A DNA stretch of 63,944 nucleotides, filler included, from Piptocephalis cylindrospora (lineage: Eukaryota): the NCBI GenBank assembly GCA_003614145.1. It is 4 parts of 4 records of this genome, joined end to end, with 100 filler letters (N's around TTAATTAATTAA, not from the genome) between each part and the next. Parts side by side here need not be neighbours in the genome. Positions count along the whole stretch, not along the records: positions 49,744 to 63,944 come from KZ987925.1; 3 more parts are not named here. One strand, written 5' to 3'. Position numbers and translations under genes: made by a program. How positions within the stretch are numbered: the first letter of the stretch is position 1; every line of letters begins with the position of its first letter. Positions 60,194 through 63,944 of this stretch are shown in pieces. The notes below the pieces were generated by a model. The model ran no database searches, was not told where the DNA came from, and saw only the letters and a list, made by a program, of their open reading frames with translations.

Positions 60194-61508
60194 AACGATC
60201 GTGGTACTCCTGGATAGACTGGGATAAACGGTGTTGGCGTAAAGATAGACGCTGAGGAATAGGGCTGGAGGGAGGAAAAAGGGGTTGGGGCTTGGCGGAC
60301 TACTTATTCACTGTTGGGTGAGCTGTCTCCTTTCCCATCTAATCACCTGGACAGGTGAAACAAGATGAGGAGACAGGAAGAGGGGATGACCCCGACATCC
60401 TGAGTGAGGCTGTCTAGGACTCTAAAAGAGTCTGTCTAAAGCGCCGATCCCTTCAATGAATACCATCCTCTCACATGAGCAATGCTTTTCGACAATGGCG
60501 CCAAGAATAGGCTGAGAGGGCAATTTCGACAGGAATGATTTACTATGGAGAAAGAAGTGTATGAAGTGAACAACTAAGATTTATAGTTCTGGAAGGGTGG
60601 CAAGGTGGATAGGAGACTATCACCACACCTGTCTAAAGCTCTCTTAATTACTATCCTAGCCAAGACTAGTCTTGCTTGTTTGCACGATAAGGCCCTCTAC
60701 CGCCCTAGCTTGAAGGCGAATGGAAGGATGGGGAGGGGGTGGCTAGGGTCGACAACATGATGACGAGCATAGCTACATTCATGGTGGTACAAGTGGTTAA
60801 GGCGGGCTGAACGGCTATTGTAATGAAAGAAAGTAGGAAGGGAAGTCATGGGAAAGAGAAGTCATGGGAAAGGGATGGTGAACCGAGGAAGTAATTGGAA
60901 TATGCTATGGATGTATGAGCATGCTCTTGTTCTAGGACAACCGCGATGTTTAGGATTTTGGGAATGAAAAAACGGAAGGAATTCTTATCTGAGGTGAGGC
61001 ATGTGTAGGGTTGCTTGAAGATGGAGCGGCGTAAAGTCACTCTGATTATCCATCCTGATGCCTCAAGTCAAAGGGAATTCTGATCATTTCTATCGATGTC
61101 CCAGACACTTTTGATGGCAGTGATCTTGCTAGGAATCGGAGATGGTCATTTATCCATGGCACATTTTCCTCACCAGTGGTGGCACTTTCTCCCCACTAGT
61201 AATAGCCTATCCCTTCGTGTAGATTCAGGCTCCGCATTGGATTCGGTCCACGATGACAAGGACATACTTATATGCCACACGGAATGATCGATTCGTTCCA
61301 TCCATATGATCTAAAGTTGGAGAAAAAAAAGATAATACTATGCCACTTCTTCCACTTGGATCCATCTTGTCGGCTATGCTGATGAAGAGATCAACAAATA
61401 CGGGTTGGTTTGTCCATCCGAACTCCTCACCTTGAGTCTGCCAACACTCTCTTCTCTATCTACCCTGTCGTTTTTTACGAACATCGTACGCTATCCCATT
61501 AACGAGTA

Positions 61509-62900
61509 ATGATTCTTTCTACTTTTCCCTATCTTCTCCCGCTTTTTGGAGTTCTCTTATCTTGTGCTACTAGTCTTGGATCAGCCGCTTCGTTGGGAGA
61601 GAGTAAGTTGAGAGGGTGAACGGATACATGATTTACATGATATTCTTCCTCTCACAATAACGACATTGTGTTAGCCTATAATGATTGCTCTCAGTATCAA
61701 GTTAGTTCCAAGCATCCACCTGGAAAGTTTGGTATCCTTCCGCTCCTCGAGGATTTCCCCAAGGATGATCCTAATCGACTGGACCATTGGTCCTATTGTG
61801 CCCAGTGCGCGGTATTGAAGGCCCTCGGGAGTTCAAGATTAGCGGACGACGACAAGGTGCTATCCGATTGTATGAACTCTGAGCTTCTGGGCCCCTCTGA
61901 CACGTCTTCAGAAGAGCTGCTCTACATTCGGCCTACAAGAATGGAGGAGGGGAGACACGTGAGATACTTCCTTAGCCAATGGAGACGTGTCGAGGATCGG
62001 CCTGTCATGGTTCATGAGATGAGGAAAAGGCGATCCGCACAGATGAGCCTGTTGTCTCGCACTACCTTTGGGCGAAGCATCATTTCCATGATTCGTGCCT
62101 ATGCCTCCGATCCCTCGGGGGTGTTGCAGCCCCTGGATATCCTAGTGAACCGTAAGAACCACTGGGTTCTCCTGACTGAGCCCTTTGATGGTACCGTGCT
62201 GACTCTTACGGATTCAATGAGGGCCAAGAAAAATAAGCTTGTCCTACATCCGTCCTCGCCCACCTTTGATCCAAAGAAACTTCGGAAGAAATTTCCCACG
62301 ATGACCGACTCGTTCCTATCCACCCTCTTTTCTCCTCTCTTCACCACGATCAACAAGATGAATCGGGCTGGGGTGGTGCACGGCAATGTCAGCCCCATTA
62401 CCCTTGTTCACACTCCGGCTCTCGATGGCGGACCTCTTCCCATCCTGAAGCTCGGATTCTTTTCCCATGCTCGTTATGGCCAAACTCAAATCAGGGAAGG
62501 CCGAATCAAGCAAACTCTGGTCAAGTCCTTCCGGGCTGGGACACCCCGGTGTACTCCCAAAGGTCTCTTAGGCAAGGTTAGCGAGGCCCATCTCGCCTTG
62601 TACCTTGCTTACGATACCTACGGTCTAACAGCTTCCTTACAGTACACTTATGTCCCTAATTCCCTGCAAAGTGCTCCTGAGGAACCTAGTAAATTTGTCG
62701 ATCGCACACCGAGCCCTAAAGTAATCGATGAATTGGGGCCTGGTCATCCCCTGATCGCTCTGTTTCAGCGTGTCCTAGACCCTAAGAAGTGGGAAAATAA
62801 TCCCATAAATAAGGCCTCATTCTTATACCCTTTGGTGGATCAATGGACCCAATATGGGAAAAATGGCTTCGCTCCCTCTCGTCTTCTCATGATGCAGTAA
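61509..62900 (+). CDS. Secreted protein-kinase-like protein (pseudokinase), 439 aa; intron 61603-61674
   Basis: Exon 1 encodes the signal peptide MILSTFPYLLPLFGVLLSCATSLGSA, and a GTAAGT...TTAG intron joins it in frame. Kinase-fold landmarks: LDILV...WVLLTEPF, MNRAGVVHGNVSP, LKLGFFSHA, AGTPRCTP, DTYGL. Confidence 0.82.
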
Positions 62901-63661
62901 GAGGATGGATGACTTGTCATACTGGCGTTGAGTCTTCAAAACGATGTTAAGATGGATGCCTTTGACGCCTTCCTGATTAGATGCTGTTGATGATAACATA
63001 ATTGGCTTCTCTTGCTCTTTCCAGCCCTTTTCCAATAGCATCTTTTCTCCTTATTTATCGTCTGTTAATGTGATGATCCTCTACAGGTATATTATTTTCA
63101 TTCCAATACTGAATGGCTATTCCCATTGCTCTTTCTCATTGTGCGTATTCATTGTTCCTGTTTCCTATCCCTGCCTTATGTCTATCTCGCATGGTAGGTC
63201 GATCTCTGTGCGACTTGGGGTGCTTTTGCATCCTTCATGGCCTGCCTCTCGCCCTGATCAGTCCACGTTGGTAATAAAAACAACGAAAATAAAATACCCT
63301 TTTCTCCCTCTATGCTCTGCCTCCTCACACACGGCCTCATACCGTCAACACCCTCTCCCTTCTTATCCCCCCCACACACAGTAGTTGATCTCCCTTGTTT
63401 CCAGCCTTCCCTGAGCAGCCTATTCGCTCAGCCTCAAAACTACCACTACCCCTACCACCCTCTTGATCCTTTCCCGACTCTCTTCCCACTTTATCTCCAC
63501 GGTCTGCATTTTTTGCTTTTGGGTTAGCCTCCCTTCCTTGCTGCCTTGGTATCGTTCTCTGACTCTCTCCCCTTCCCATCTTCGTCCTCTCCTCACTATA
63601 CCGTCGTTCCCAAGTGTACACGCACTTGTCTGTTCCCTTGTATCCTCCTCCTTCTGCCCAC

Positions 63662-63944
63662 ATGTCTCAAGACATCATCCTCAACGGGTCCAGCGGGTCA
63701 GACTCTCCTGATCCAGGCACGGCTACCCCCAACGGTACCGCCGATCACACCACCTCTTGGTCCAAGCCTCGTCCCTCAGATGAAGCTCCTTTGACCGAAG
63801 ACAGCGCCCCTCATCCAGAACCAGGGCAACCCAAGAATCCCTCTAACCCTCCACCACCACCTCCTCCACAGACTGATCAGCAGACCTCAGCTCCCCCCAC
63901 CCCAGTACCCGCTGCCTCTATCCCTGCCACTGCTCCTAGCCTCG
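63662..63944 (+). CDS. 5' part of a Pro-rich protein running off the window
   Basis: ATG after a pyrimidine-rich leader; MSQDIILNGSSGSDSPDP... is open to the window end. Confidence 0.6.
   Translation, partial: MSQDIILNGSSGSDSPDPGTATPNGTADHTTSWSKPRPSDEAPLTEDSAPHPEPGQPKNPSNPPPPPPPQTDQQTSAPPTPVPAASIPATAPSL

Noticed and set aside
60842..60872. 16-bp direct tandem duplication GAAGTCATGGGAAAG
   Set aside because: Simple local slippage duplication with no element between the copies.

Overview
Eukaryotic, intron-containing DNA from a gene-dense fungal genome. The short 60-96 nt GT-AG introns, pyrimidine-rich gene leaders and gene content suggest an early-diverging fungus, possibly a zoopagalean mycoparasite; that placement is inference only. 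Three artificial 100-nt N spacers (each with TTAATTAATTAA) split the window into four contigs. Recognisable genes: three tandem GPI-type CE4 chitin deacetylases (one frameshifted in a poly-C run), an ORT1-like mitochondrial carrier, CENP-P, an ERF4/Golgin-A7-domain protein, a DUF4211 protein, WAPL, an MHYT-type membrane protein, an SR splicing factor fragment, Aquarius, Lsm14/Scd6, a DNase I family nuclease, a BRI3-like protein, a MARVEL protein, an MCH-type MFS transporter, an ABHD11-like hydrolase and four tRNAs (Pro, Tyr, Gly, Leu). The most unusual items are: (1) a DNase I with an intact active site but no signal peptide, no conserved disulfide and large basic insertions; (2) a secreted pseudokinase whose signal peptide lies in an exon missed by the ORF track, near a hidden 48-aa secreted peptide gene; (3) an Aquarius helicase with degenerate ATPase motifs; (4) the deacetylase array with a one-base homopolymer frameshift. 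No CRISPR array, rRNA or intact mobile element was seen. All family calls come from motif recognition by eye; no database searches were run.
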